A stretch of DNA of 45,763 nucleotides from assembly GCA_051942245.1 (NCBI GenBank), contig JAVECL010000134.1, positions 1-45,763 of the forward strand, written 5' to 3'. This stretch comes from Trypethelium eluteriae. Taxonomy: Eukaryota. The notes beneath the pieces were generated by a model. It was given only the letters and a program-made list of their open reading frames with translations, was not told the DNA's origin and did no database searches. Both the position numbers and the translations under genes were made by a program. Below, one piece after another: positions 1 through 14,883 of this stretch (within the stretch, counting starts at the first letter, position 1; each line of letters starts with the position of its first letter).

Positions 1-2050
1 AATTGAATATGATTTCTTGTTCCCCTTCGTTTGTCCAAAGGTCGTTAGAGCTGTTGTCTTGGAATGAAGAAGCTAGGCCCTCGTCGGCCAGATTACGACT
101 CGACATGGGGATGGGCAGCGGCGTATGCTTGCATCGGTAGACTGCATCAACTATCCGTCAGTATCATTGCAATGATCGGCGGTTAGCCTCTGCTTGCTGC
201 GTCGCTAGGCCAGGGCTGAAATTGAATGGGGATTACCCCAATTTTGTTCCTTGCTGGGGTATATCTTGGCGTCTGCAAAGACACAGACGTGTGTGTCTGT
301 CGGTATAATATCATGAGCAGGGGTGTTACTCACTATTAATTCTGGTCTTCCAAACGGGTATGACGCTTGTTCCTTCGAGGGTCTTGGAACATATATCGAG
401 ATTGCAGGGCTCGTGATCAAAGAGACCTCGATGAGGGACACATGACTGCAGATATCTGTTGAAAAATGATGGCAGTCTTAGCACAGGTAGTTTCGAGGCT
501 TGCTGTGCCAACGTAGTTTCTCCGTTTCTTCAAAGCTAGAATGCTTTTCTTTGAAGATTCCAACGCTAATCGCCCGTGGAGGAAGGTAGGCTTTATGGAG
601 TCTTGATAGAGGGCGTACTTTTGAAAACAGCTCGCAAGAGCAAGCTCTCTGTAGTATAGGGATTCACCTCAGGGGATGATGAACGTGCCAGCCTCCGCAA
701 GCTATGGCGGGGCGGCAATGACTTGACCAAGGCCATGACCCTGCATCTTGCCAGGTGTTGCTCCAATGTGGGACATTGATCAACTGTTGTTCGGCTCATT
801 GTGAGTATTCGAGAGAGGTGAAGTTGTGTTGCTCTGCTCTTTTAGAACATTCGAGCGACTGCTAATGAGCGTCGCGTCCCAGATTGGACCGACCCGGGAA
901 GCATCGGTTCAACAGCAGTCCGAGCTTGGATCTCTGGATGCTTTGTGCCATGGACATTCCATTGAACACTGTGGGGAGATTTAATCCCCTGAGGTGGCCG
1001 TCTGTTCGTGTCATTCGGGCAGGACCCCTGGTTCATTGTTGGAGACTACAATCATGGCCTTCGCTCGACTTCTGGTAGAACATCTATCTCGGTCAAGAGC
1101 AGATAAGGCCGTCCATGGGGTGGAGGTATGCAACGGCAGGCTCGATTCCGTGTACGATATCTGTGTAGACTGGTATTTGGCCTAGTTCGAAGATCTCTCT
1201 ATGTTGTGGCCCGTAAAATTTGTTTCTGTTCTGTTGTCAAGGACACCATCGGCCGTGGGTTGGTCAGTTAGTCAATAGCCAAATCAGGATTGATCACAGC
1301 TGCGCTCGGATTTGTTACCACCTATCATCGTTATGTTGGGGGTTCGAGCGAGCCTGCGAGTTCGTATGAAGCTCCGGGCTCGATTTCTGACAAATGAATG
1401 GACAGAGGCTGCTTTGAAGGGTACTTGGAGAGAACTGGAAACTCGGTCCCTACTTGCGCCTATTGATGCTGTGACGATGCCGTTATTGGGCTGGGCAAGA
1501 ACTTGGACGACGAGAAAATACCATGCGATCTCTGAGGATCACTATAGATTCAATATTCTGGTTTGGAACTTTTCGGACAGAGCATGATTCACGTAATGAA
1601 GCCTCCAAGACTGCCAAATGGCCCACATTCTTCCGAAGTAACGAAAGCCGATCGACCTTAGTGCTCCTCGTTTAGGCAGTCAACCAGGCTGATTTTGCAG
1701 CGCCTAGCGATCGAATAGGGGTTGGCTGTGTAACAATGTGCGCAGCGATTTGTCTGCGGAATAAAACAACGTGGCCACGCTGCAAGTCAATGGTTTGAGT
1801 TCAAGGGTGAGCAGAAGCGATGATAGGGAGAGGAGGGCTTGGAACAATGGAACTTGTTACTGGGGATCTGGTTGCCCTAACAAATCTCCTTCCGTTGGCC
1901 GAGTTTGTTTACACCGACTCGGCGAGGCTGAAGCAGTAGCCCAGAAACTTGCATGTCGGGAACAGTGACCTGTCTCCCGGGTTCCAGAGGCCTACCCCCT
2001 AATTAAACCCATAATCAATGGAATTTCTTTCACGGCGGTCTAGACAAGGT

Positions 2051-4495
2051 TCATCTATCACCCCAGGCTCGCTTCTCTTCGGCCACTGTCGCTTCTTCCT
2101 GCGTCTGTTTTAGCGGTTCTGGCGGCGGATCATCGTCTTCGCTATCCACGTCTTCTTCGTCCCCAGAATTCTCATCCGTCACTTTCAAAGATTTATATGA
2201 TTCCGGAACCGAGAATTCCTTTTTGCCGTCATCCACAGAAGCCTGAGCCTGCTCGACCTTCACTGCCGCCCTCCTCTCCTCCTTCGCCAACTCCGCAACG
2301 GTCGTCGTACTTGGCCGATCCGACGGCATAGATGCACCCTGCTTCTGTCCCGACGATGACTTCCCCCAACCCGCCTTACGCTTCTCCGATGCCCACGAAC
2401 CCCACGACGATAGATAGGCGCCTGCGCGAACAGACGCAGCTTGGACAGATGCCTGAGCCTGGGACCAGTCGGGTCCGCGAGCAGGCTTGGAGGAACTTGA
2501 TAAACCCGAGGACGGTGGTGGAGAAGTCGTGTTGGTGGTGGCAGCAGCAAGCTTCTGCTCCTCATTGCGCTTGCGCTGAGCTTCGCGCATGACTTCGATG
2601 TCAGCCCAGAGGTTGTTAAAGGCGGAGGAGACCTTCTTGGAGCCTTCGGCAAAGTTGCGGCTCAATGCCTCACGCCCCGTTTGCCACCGTTCGTCAAGAT
2701 GCAGCTCTGCGACCTGTTGTGCAAGTCGCCGTTGCACATCCTCGATGGTCAGGCCACCAGCACATGGGTGGCGCGGCTCCACGATATCAAAGAGATGGGA
2801 GTCCGTATACTTGTTGAAAAGTCGGTAGTTTTCCGTTTGCAACCAGGCATCTATCCAATCATTTCCAAACTCACTTACAGGGTCACCCTCTACCTCGGAG
2901 AGCAAAGCCTTCGAATCGTCTCTGTGCTTCTTCACGAACTGCCGATACTTTACAGAGGACAAGAGGGCAAGTAGATATTCTTCGAACTGCAGTCGAATGA
3001 ACTCCTCGCTACCTGCATACCCCATTTGTTTGGGTCGCGTTGGATCGGCGTCATCCCATGTATCATTGACAGCTTGTGTCAAGAAGTCTATCCATCGTCT
3101 ATCGGGGGTGGTCAAGGTAAGTGCGGCTCGTAGAGAAGTGGAGCTGATGTTAGTCGTTTGTTCGTCAAGCTGGGTCAAAGTCAACACTCAGGCCGCCCTC
3201 CTGATGGTACTGTCGATCAAGACGTACATTTATTAATATATCACTATATCTATCCTTTTGTTGAAGTAGTAGAGAATTCGTTGATCCAACCATATAAGAC
3301 TTAGTTCCATGGTCAGCGAGCATGTCCAGCTGCTGCAAAGGGGTATACGGTCCGAATAAGCTACCCTTGCTAAATATTTGCAGCGGCAGGCCCATGTACG
3401 TAAGTACTTAGTCAGGTCAGAAGCTAGTGATCTGATATCAAGCAAGCACACTCACGAGAAGATCGTTCACTGGTGCGTAGGGAGGTGGGCATAACAAGCG
3501 TCTCTTCGTAAGAGTTAAATTGAGGATCAGCGCAATCTTGTAGATTGCGGATTAAGCCGGGTATCAGAGAAATGAGAGCGAACTGCATCATGCACACCCG
3601 TTCGCAATGAGAACCAAAGAACAACATCTGCGGACGTTCGTTAGAAAAGTAGCAATTACTAGGTAACAAGGCTGAGGTTCCACTGACTTTAGGTTGAAGT
3701 AAACAGCATTTGAAGAATACCAGCGTCAAATGCTTATATTCATGAATAAGCTCCCGTAAAGATATCCCAAGGTAACGATCGCGTTCGTCGTCAGCGTGAG
3801 CCAATGTAGTCGCCAAGCTTTCCTGAAACCTCTTTTCTCGATATGAGCACCTGGTCGACAATATTGTCTCTTGACACTAACCCACCTGTAGAATATCCTG
3901 ATCTGTGAAATCCCTATCATGAGTCAGTTCATGAAACCAGCTTATTATATGCTCTTTTGACCCAGGCTCTATCCACACCTTTGTGAGAACCACGCCTTGG
4001 TGACCACGCTCAACCTCTCCCTGACCATACCGAATCCCTCTGGACTGTCTGCGATCACCACAACCGCCTTCTGCACGGTGCTTCTTGTCACCTCCTTTGG
4101 CCGTTCAATCAACTCGCTGCTATCAATCTGCCGCGTGCAACTGATTCCAAAGAGACTGGTAGCCGGTCTCGGCCCAGCTCCACTGGAACCATCATCTTCA
4201 CTCCCGGCGTATCTCAAGGTAAAATAGGAAAAGTCTTCAGTGGAGGTATGCGCGCCGTCGGCGAGGGCCATGAACGGAAGCAGAGGCCAGTCATTATCAA
4301 CAGCCGGATCGGTACCGTTGGGGACACCGAACCAAGCTTCGACCTCAGGGCCTCTGGAAGATGTCCTCGTTAGCTTTGATTGGTAGTGTGAGGCGAGGTA
4401 TATCGAAAAAGGGCATGATTACGGATGGTGGTATACCTAGCATGGTGGAAATCGACTATGCATATGATCGGCGTAAAAGGTGCGCAAGAAGCCAT
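2051..4495 (-). CDS. AVL9: Avl9 (DENN-related late secretory pathway protein), 7 exons
   Basis: Spliced by eye: MASCAPFTPIICIVDFHHAR|GPEVEAW...LPFMALADGAH...LFGISCTRQI...VTRSTVQKAVVV...MGLPLQIFSKG...YMVGSTNSLL...GSEEFIRLQFEEY. These are typical Avl9 motifs. Six GT-AG introns, e.g. 4354-4436. Confidence 0.92.
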
Positions 4496-5161
4496 TTCGG
4501 ATGCATTAGTTATCATATGCTTGCTCGTTTCATAATAGAGAGTATCATGACGGGGCCAATTGAGAAAATCGTCGTGAGATTCAAGTAAGTCGTTGAACGT
4601 CGGCTGACATTCTGAGGTGTACCGGCGAAACTTGCAATACTGGAGGCAATCTAGAGCCCGTCGCTACTGCCACATCGTTTATGTCCAAGTAGATCAATCC
4701 AACTTGAAATTCCAATTATGAAGCCTGTTCATTCTCAAGATTACATATTTCGATGAGAATGGCACACAAATCGACACCGAGAGCCTCAAAGAGTACATGA
4801 AAATACTATCATGATAACGGTGCATACTAGGGTTTTAGTTGGTGCGATCTGACGAATCTATCTTACTGGAAGCTCAAAGTAATGCAGTCCTTGCTCCGCG
4901 ATGGGTTGCTGTAAATGGCACATTGTGTTCACTTGCCCCAGTGATATCCTTCGTCTAGCAGAGCTGCCATTTCCCACCCAATTCACCGAGACCGCGCCAC
5001 TCATACACATCTCGAATCCAAAGGGGGACCAACACAGCACACAGGAAAATACTAGCCGACTGGCCATGCGGGTTTACAAACCCAAAGTAGTTCTTCAATA
5101 CCGTGTGCACCGAGAGGCAGGACAGTCCCAGATCAAGAACACTAATTTCAGCGTGCCAAGC

Positions 5162-6663
<1,502 letters not shown>

Positions 6664-9582
6664 GATGAAATTGTTGGAGCCAAGGTCACGGCCGTTGAGC
6701 GCTCGAGGTACGGATGCTCAAGGCGTGCTGAATATGAGAATTGCCAAGGTTGTTGTTGTCGTCAAAGTAATAGTGGCGGTGCGCTGGCGGGCCTTGCTCG
6801 CGCAAATGGGATGCGGCAATGCGGGCATGTATGCAGTCACCCCTATCAGGCTTAGTCTTGGGACTTTGGCCATGCTCAAACCTGCTGCAACACTCTCACC
6901 GCGACCATAGCGCCTACGAGATCGAGATCGGGATCAGGACTACTTCTGCATATGTATTCGGTATTCCATACCTAGTGCCACCGTGCGTCGACGATTAAGT
7001 AATCGACTGATCGACACCCCCTTCGGCCACCATCAGCCATCATCTAGGATGTAAGAAAAGAATCGCATCTGGCGGAAAGGCCCGCATCGATTGACACCGG
7101 TTCCGCGTCAGGCACCCCGTTGATCACCTTGATCGACAGCAAAAGACACCATAGAACGTGGGCAGCTTACCCCATACTACTTTACGGATAAATTTGGAAA
7201 ACTAGTCGTTACACTGAAACACCTATGCATTCACGCATAGCAATCGCCCACCAAACCCAGCCTGTCTCGAGCTGCACTCCATACCATGCTTTCTTAAGGA
7301 GTTTAACCTCCACGTGGATTGTCGCGTGTAGCGTGGACAAATGAAATCTTGAGGAGCATTGAACAATGCCGTAAGGATGGGATTCGATAGACCACACATG
7401 GATTTGCTAAGAGTCTCAGCATGCTCGTCCAAACTTGATAACATAGTTGGATATTGCTTAGTGGTAGACAACTTGCCAGTGGTGAAATCTGGTACAATGT
7501 GTACCTCTCCTCTTGCCGAAGATTTCCCGTCCAATCTTCGACCCAGACTAATCAAGCATTCGAATGATAGACTTCCCCAGGAAAGGGGATAGCAATAGGG
7601 AGAACGGAGTATGAAGTGGTAACAGAGCAAGGTGGCGGCATTGTAAAGCCAGAACTGGGAAAGCTACACGTCGGTCGGCTTAAGCTAGTATCTGCACGAA
7701 AAGATTTGCATGACAGGTTTGCATGCACAGCTACAGAGTAAATCTGATTGGTCAGTGATATTCATTTTGCCGACCTATCAGGAAGATATCAAATTTCGAG
7801 CAGACCTCCACACGAACAGAGAATGGTTCGCCCAGAAAATCCCATGCAAACGTCCGCACATTTACAGAACCGCCGACATCCGTATGTCGTGTCATGAAAC
7901 AGCAGATCATGAAGCAAGGAGAGAATTTCCCGTCGGTTCGCCAAGGAAATTCTCAACGGACTCCGCTGAAAACACCGCATAAGACATTGTCGAATTGTTT
8001 CTGTAAAGTAGGCTAGGCATGCCCAATTCCGTGCCTGAACGAGAGTACGACGCAAACACTCGTGATCGCTTCGAAGAGCAGGAGAAGAATCATCCCATTC
8101 ACACAAACGCGACGACGACTCGAGACAGGCGCCCAGCTTTGGGTGGATATACACACGTGGTTTTACCGCCGGAACTCGGCATTCTCATCCTCATCGCAAA
8201 GGCCAATAATTTAACGCGTGTGGAGAGAGTAAGTAATTGAAGGATTTGGGCATGAATCGCCAAAAGGATTGCAAACCTTTCGGGGACATTTCCATATTAC
8301 GGAGTACTAGCTTTCTGATGTCTGTGCGCTTGAGGCATCTGAGATAGTCAATTCTGACCCGGATGTGCTTGCCTAGAGTAATTCCAATCACGCCACGGGA
8401 CTTTGGTCACCATTGAAAGGCTGAAATCACCCAAAGGAGTGGCAGTGGCTTTGCGGAGGCGGGATGAAACTATGCCAGTTCTGGATGCTTGTCGGCGCGC
8501 GCTTAGTAGTGAAAGGGTCCGGCGAGGCTAACTAATGGATACTCGTGTTCTATCAGTCGGTGTGTCTTGATTGTAGATCGAGAATCAGGCTTGCCGTGCT
8601 TTCCCTATTACCCCCACGGCTGCCGCACCCAAGAGCCCAGTAGCCCCTTGAAGCGACAATACATACGTATAGATAGCTGGCAGACTAGGCTGGAATTGAG
8701 CTGTAGGCGGATAGAAGGAATTCATAAGATAGACCACGTGGGAAATTTAACTCTTCCTACCTGCGAAGCGTGTCTAACGACAGTCATGTGGTAACGCTGC
8801 TCAGATGGGCTTCCGCGGCGGCTCGCAAAGCTGTCTTAGGGCCAAACCCCTCTCGTTGGCGGACCACTGAGGAGGACGAGCTTATTTTGCCTTTCATCTT
8901 CCGTCTCCGACTCTGCTTTCATCAGCTCCGCAACTTGCAGCCCATGTCCACGCCTAAGCCCGCTACTCCCACTTGCTCCCACCTACTCCTTCGACGCTTT
9001 GGCGTGCCCCATGCCCTTGTGCCCGCAACTCGACCATCATCTCTGACGCCCCATCCCTATCGCTGCTCCGGCCAGCTCGAGTCGTGTCCCTGGTCCTCCC
9101 GTCGAGTGACCAATCTCGCCTGGAGAGAGGGCAGGGTGCGTAGTCGTTGCGCACGGCCACCACCCACGCGACGAATACAGGGATTCCCAACTGCACATCA
9201 CCGTCTACTGGCTTGCGGCTTTACCACTGCCCTCATCCTAGCACCCTCCTCCTCTCCAGCTTGTCCAGCACGCTGCGGTGCTATCTCCGCCGGCGACTGG
9301 CTCCACGCCTGCTCTGCTTGTCCTCCGACAAAGAATTCTGTCTCCTGCCACGAACAATTGGCGCCTAACCTAACTCGGACGACAACGGCACCTTACCGCA
9401 AGCCTCCGCTCGTGCTCCCGAACAAACACCGTTCCCCTACTTACTCCGGACTCGCTCTCCACGCTTGAACCTGGAGCTGTAATGCGCGTGGACCTTTAGC
9501 TCTTCATCCTCGCCACCGCCATCGCCTGCGCAACCGATCCGCACGCCCGTCGGCCTTCGGGTCCCAGTGACGCTGAGCCATC

Positions 9583-10919
9583 ATGGGTGCTTGCGCCAGC
9601 AAAAATGACGAGGACGGAGAGATGAAGAAGAGGAGTCAGATGATTGACAAGAAACTCGAAGAGGACTCGAGACGGCTGAAACGAGAATGCAAGATATTGT
9701 TGCTGGGTAAGATGACATCACTTTTCATCTGAGTGGAAAGACCAGGCACTGACACTCATTTAACAGGCTCTGGGGAGAGTGGTAAGTCGACCATCGTCAA
9801 GCAAATGAAGATCATACATCAAAATGGATACACGGTGGACGAGCTGGCAATGTACCGCTTGACCGTCTACAAGAACGTCGTCGACTGCGCAAAGGCTCTT
9901 ATTGCAGCCATGCGGCAGTTCGATATCCTACCCGAGGCACCGGGCACCCAAGAGTATTGCGATTACTTGATGGAGTACTCGGTCGATCCAGACCCGCACT
10001 CGGCATTAGATGTACGAGTCGGTCAGGCTGTAACCGCTCTGTGGAAAGACCCTTCGATACCAAAGATTCTAGATCACTCCAGCGAGTTCTATCTAATGGA
10101 CTCAGCACCATAGTATGACCCTCCAGACTTGCCTTCCATTAGCCCTTGCTAAATCGGCTCTAGTTTCTTTGACGAAGTCAATCGTATAGCCTCGCCCGAC
10201 TACATTCCCATCGAGTCCGATGTCCTTCGAGCACGAACAAAGACCACCGGTATATACGAGACGCGCTTTGTCATGGGTCAATTGAGCATACAGTACGACA
10301 AGCTATCCTGTTACGGGGACTTTTGCTGACAAAACATCCACAGCATGTTCGACGTTGGTGGGCAGCGTAGCGAGAGGAAGAAATGGATTCATTGCTTCGA
10401 GAACGTGACCTCAATCATATTTTGTGTTGCCTTGAGTGAATACGACCAAGTACTCTTAGAAGAGAGTAGTCAAGTATGTTTTGATTCTGTTATGGTAAGG
10501 TTACACATGCTAACGTTTATCCGAAGAATCGCATGATGGAGAGTCTCGTGCTCTTTGATTCGGTTGTCAACTCGCGATGGTTTATGCGGACCAGTATCAT
10601 TCTCTTCCTCAACAAGGTCGATCTGTTCAAAGCCAAGCTAGGCAAATCCCCACTGGGCAATTACTTCCCGGATTATTCAGGTGGAAATGATGTCAACCGA
10701 GCTGCCAAATACCTACTCTGGAGATTCAATCAGGTCAACCGCGCACATCTCAACCTCTACCCTCAGTAAGCAGATGCGTGTTCAACATGATCTAGGAGGC
10801 TTGGCTAACTTGATGACAGTCTTACGCAAGCAACCGACACATCTAACATCCGACTCGTGTTCGCGGCTGTCAAGGAAACCATTCTCCAAAACGCTTTGAA
10901 AGACTCGGGCATACTATGA
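9583..10919 (+). CDS. ganB: Heterotrimeric G-protein alpha subunit, fungal class III (GanB/GpaB/GNA-3 type), 6 exons
   Basis: MGACAS myristoylation/palmitoylation start, [10 protein letters not shown]-loop, RTKTTG, DVGGQ, NKVD, TQAT, and the C-terminal KDSGIL typical of class III. Five GT-AG introns (9707-9766, 10113-10163, 10293-10343, 10474-10526, 10766-10819). Confidence 0.95.
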
Positions 10920-12842
10920 TGAGCAAAAAATTTCGAAAGCCATCCGCAAATACCAAAGTTCGTTCTTCTATCACGAATCGATCGGGGCTCTCTCTGAAAA
11001 GCCGGTGTCCGAAACTCATCGCCCCGTATCTCCTTGTACATCTTCCCCAAATATTGTCTTTTCCGCCGCGTAATTCGTCTTTCGCCGCGAGCCAGCCGCT
11101 CTTGATATGGCCCTGAGCATACATTCTGCCGATATCGAATGTCCTTGTTCTCTCCCTCTCACAGGCGGTCGCATTCTCTGGCCGGTGGTTGTCTCCTTCA
11201 TTTTCCAGCATCGGTGTTTACGGCGTTTCACCCAATCGTGCATCGGCATTGTATTCATCGAGGCCAATGGAGCTTTACCGACCGATTTGATGTCTTTTTC
11301 CGAAAAAGTGTGCTCTCTCTTCTTCTCACCAAGGCCTCTCGTGGGTTCAAAAATGAACCAAAGAAATTGATATGCAAAGTCACAATCCCTATGGGTTTCA
11401 CTTAATGGACGGGATGGGATGGTGGACCTCAATGGCCGGCTTGGGATAGCCTGGCTTTTCTTTTCAGCAGAGTTTCGGGCTCGGGTGGAGGGTTCTCTGG
11501 GGGATGGAAAGCAGGCGCGACTCGGTCAAGATTTGATGCTACAGAGCGTGGAGTGATGCTGTGCTCATCGCCTCGGATTTCTTCATGGCGTTCTCTTAGG
11601 GAATTTCCAACGAATGGCGACTTTCCGATGAGGTTGGATTTCTCCGTGGACAGAGGGCAGCATTGTCACCTTCTCTTACGTGACACTTGTGGGCTCACAG
11701 CACGATGGATGCGGATGACAAGATGAGAATGATGAAATTCGTAGTCTAAGAAAGACATATAAAAACCTTGTGTTCACAATGCCCTGGTTCTTCAACTCAG
11801 TATTGCATTGATGACGGGAACCACGTTCCACACACATGTACTTAATGTTTGCACCAGCCTCCAGCATTATCCGTACATGTATGCATGCACGGTATCGTGA
11901 CAACACTCCGCGTCAGTCTTAGGATGTGCAAGCATTTAGTACCCAGCAGCACCCACACTCTAGCCCTAAGCGGAAGGTTCAACCTCTCACTCCATCAAAA
12001 CGCCAGCCCCTCCCGAAAACAGGCCAGGATGAGGCCAATAGGACAAACCCGCCCACTCCATGCGCAGATGACGTCCCACTAATTATTCCCAGCGAATTAC
12101 AAACCCTTCTGCTTGTCAAGTAGCGCAACAATTACATATCCCATGCAACTCCCCTAGAGCAAGCAGAAGGGCTATCTCTCTCAAGGATGCACTCAGCTCA
12201 AGGGTACGGATTTACATAGGGTGAGGCACAGGATGATATAATCCTCCTGTCTGCAGCAAACACACGAGGCACTACAGCTCTGAGTCGGTAAAACAACCAG
12301 CGCCATTACAACCCGCAGCTCCGTTGCGCACAGCATTAGTCCCCGGCGAAGACTGCTCTAATTTCCACTACGACTCAGAGATGGCAGTCTGGTACAAAAG
12401 CGACCAATAAAGTCGCGCTTAGCGTGTGGAGCACTTGAATAGTAATTTGGTGCTGGTCGGACAACGTACGGAGGAAGGCTCGAGCTAAAAGCAAGGCGAC
12501 GACGCCCGTGCCTTCTGGGTTTTGTCACCTCTATTTTGATATTCCCCGTGATGCTCTACAGTCCCACAATATCGCTTTTGTAAGCCGCCTTTGCGTGCCA
12601 TAAAGTCGCATTACTACGCGGACAAAATGCCTCCGAAGTGTAGACTTCACCTCAATGACTGCAAGTATCAATCAGGGGTTCTTGCCAAAGATCATCCTCA
12701 ATTACAGGAAAAAAAACTGTTTGTACCGGGTACTCTTTCATTTTAGAGCTTCAGTCATTTTCTTCACTTTGGTCGGTTCTTCAAAGCCTATAATCTCCTT
12801 GAGCAATTGGTTACAATCGAGCAGTTAGTCGATCGATCAATC

Positions 12843-13658
12843 ATGGCCACTCCAACTATTGTAGTCATTCATGCTGCGGTGCAACCACCACCCCTATATC
12901 AGCCGCTGGCCGATGCCCTTCAGAAGGCGGGATTTCCTGTTGAGATTGTGGACTACCCTTCTGCAGGCTACAATGTCCCCAAAATGCAGAACAACAATGC
13001 GGATCTGGCGGCCACTCGCAATGTCGTTAGCACCCTTATCGAGTCCGGAGAAGATGTCATTGTGTTTATGCACTCATACGGAGGCATAGTCGGAACCGGT
13101 GCTCTCCAGCACCTGGGGGAGGCTCAGCGCGAGAAGGAGGGAAAGAAAGGAGTGATCCGATTGGTGTACGCTGCTGCGTTTGCTTTAAGGGAAGGAGAGA
13201 CAGTACCGAATGCTGGCAAAATCGATGAGATCAAATGGTATGGACAGTACTTTGAAGATATAAGTTGCACTCATTTCCTCTACGGAAGGCGGCATAACTA
13301 AATGATTCCCACGACCGACACCAATCAAATGAACAAAGAACCTGCCATGTACGCCGTTTTCCATGACCTTGAACCAACTAAGGCCGAGCATTGGTATTCT
13401 CTTAGTGGCCAACAGAGCGTTTCTGCGATGTGGAGCAAGCAGAAGTACGAGGCATGGAGAGACATCCCTTCAACATATGTACATTGCTTGAATGATCGAG
13501 TCATTCCACCGGACTTTCAAGCGCAGATGGTGAGGAATGCGAAGGATATTCAGCCGAATGCCTTTGATGTGGAGGAGCGACTACGTTGTGGACATAACCC
13601 CGTCTTAAGCAATGTCGGTGATCTAGTGGCGATTCTGAAGAAAGCAGCTGGCCAGTGA
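12843..13658 (+). CDS. Alpha/beta hydrolase (Abhydrolase_6 / methylesterase-like), interrupted by an in-frame TAA; non-canonical intron or pseudogene
   Basis: Nucleophile elbow HSYGG, RLVYAAAF, AWRDIPSTY, acid D in NDRVI and His in CGHNP. The two ORFs are in the same frame, separated by TAA at 13299-13301. Confidence 0.8.
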
Positions 13659-13728
13659 TCCTACTTCGGCATATGCAGTTTTCTTTTCTCCTTTTTCCTT
13701 TTTCTTTTTCCAGATGTATGATGATTTC

Positions 13729-14883
13729 CTATGTCGAGGTCTTCTCTTTTATTCCTCCCAGATACTCGTCAATGTTGAGGGGCCCCCAGCGTTTAGGATT
13801 TTCGGGATTGTAGGTACCAGGAAGAGCATCTGCGATAGTACCCGGATCCGGATCTCCAAAGAAAGCGATGCTGTATCGGTCCGGAGTCTCTGTACGGCCT
13901 GGAACCGCGGCGACATCAGGAGATCCAACCCGATGAATCGTACTCTTATACCTTCCATTACTATATCTGCCCATTACGTACCCCACGTTCACCAACACCA
14001 TTCCCTCTCGAAAATCTATGGGCTTATAAGTTCCGCCGCGCTGTTCAAAGTTAGCTGCACTCACTTTACCTTGCACAGAAGCCCGATCGCCGAGCTCCAG
14101 GCCGCCGGTAGGATCTTGGAAAAGAAGAGTGAGAGTACAGCTGTCGGAATGGGCCCCCATTCTAGGTCCCGTCTCATGTGTAATAAGGGTTTCTGGGTAA
14201 TACGAACAACCCATCGAAAAGCAGCTGCGGCTATGGCACTTTGAAAGCGAGTGCTCCTCTGGGAGCTCTAAAGCGAGGGACACGCAATCAATAAGCTGGT
14301 GGAGGAGCCTCGCACAATTCTGCCAAAAGCTCTCCATGAAGTCTCGGAACCCGGGTAGGATCTCTTCTGTAGGCCATTGATCGGCCGACATGTCTAAAGA
14401 AGGGTTGGCAAGATTGAGAGCCTCCCTTCGGCTCGGATGGGAGCGAATGATCTCGCGACCCATCTCGCGGTATCTTTGAACGGTACGCTTCTTGGCATTA
14501 GGCAATGCGAAGAATCTTTGCAGCTAAAAAAGTATTAGTTTCTTCGGTCTGCTATCTTAATTTCGTCACACAGCACAATAACCCGTATTACCTAGCACTA
14601 GTCCGACTTCGATGGAACAATACTTGGAAATTATTGCATGCCAATACTGAGTGAGACTGAAGACCAGCTGCAACATTTTTTCTTCAAGCCTAAGGCCAAC
14701 ACTCCATAGACAGTCACTTACCCAACTGAATGCCTCATTGACTTCGTTGTCTGGAATACCGTGGTTTTTGACATAAATCAGACCAACTGAACTCAAAGCT
14801 GAGTCAACCGTCTTCGCGATGGCCTCGCGGTCTTCACGACCACCACGCAAGAAAGGTGCAAAATCGATGGTCGGTACGTCCAT
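13729..14883 (-). CDS. 2-oxoglutarate/Fe(II)-dependent dioxygenase (IPNS-like, DIOX_N + 2OG-FeII_Oxy), 2 exons
   Basis: VPTIDF...G-IYVKNHGI N-terminus, HSD...TLLFQD, second His in STIHRV and the RYS 2OG-binding motif. Intron 14524-14721 (GTAAGT...CTAAT...TAG). Confidence 0.9.

Noticed and set aside
1..2000. Short ORFs on both strands
   Set aside because: No recognisable motifs or consistent exon chain. A divergent or decayed gene cannot be excluded without BLASTX.
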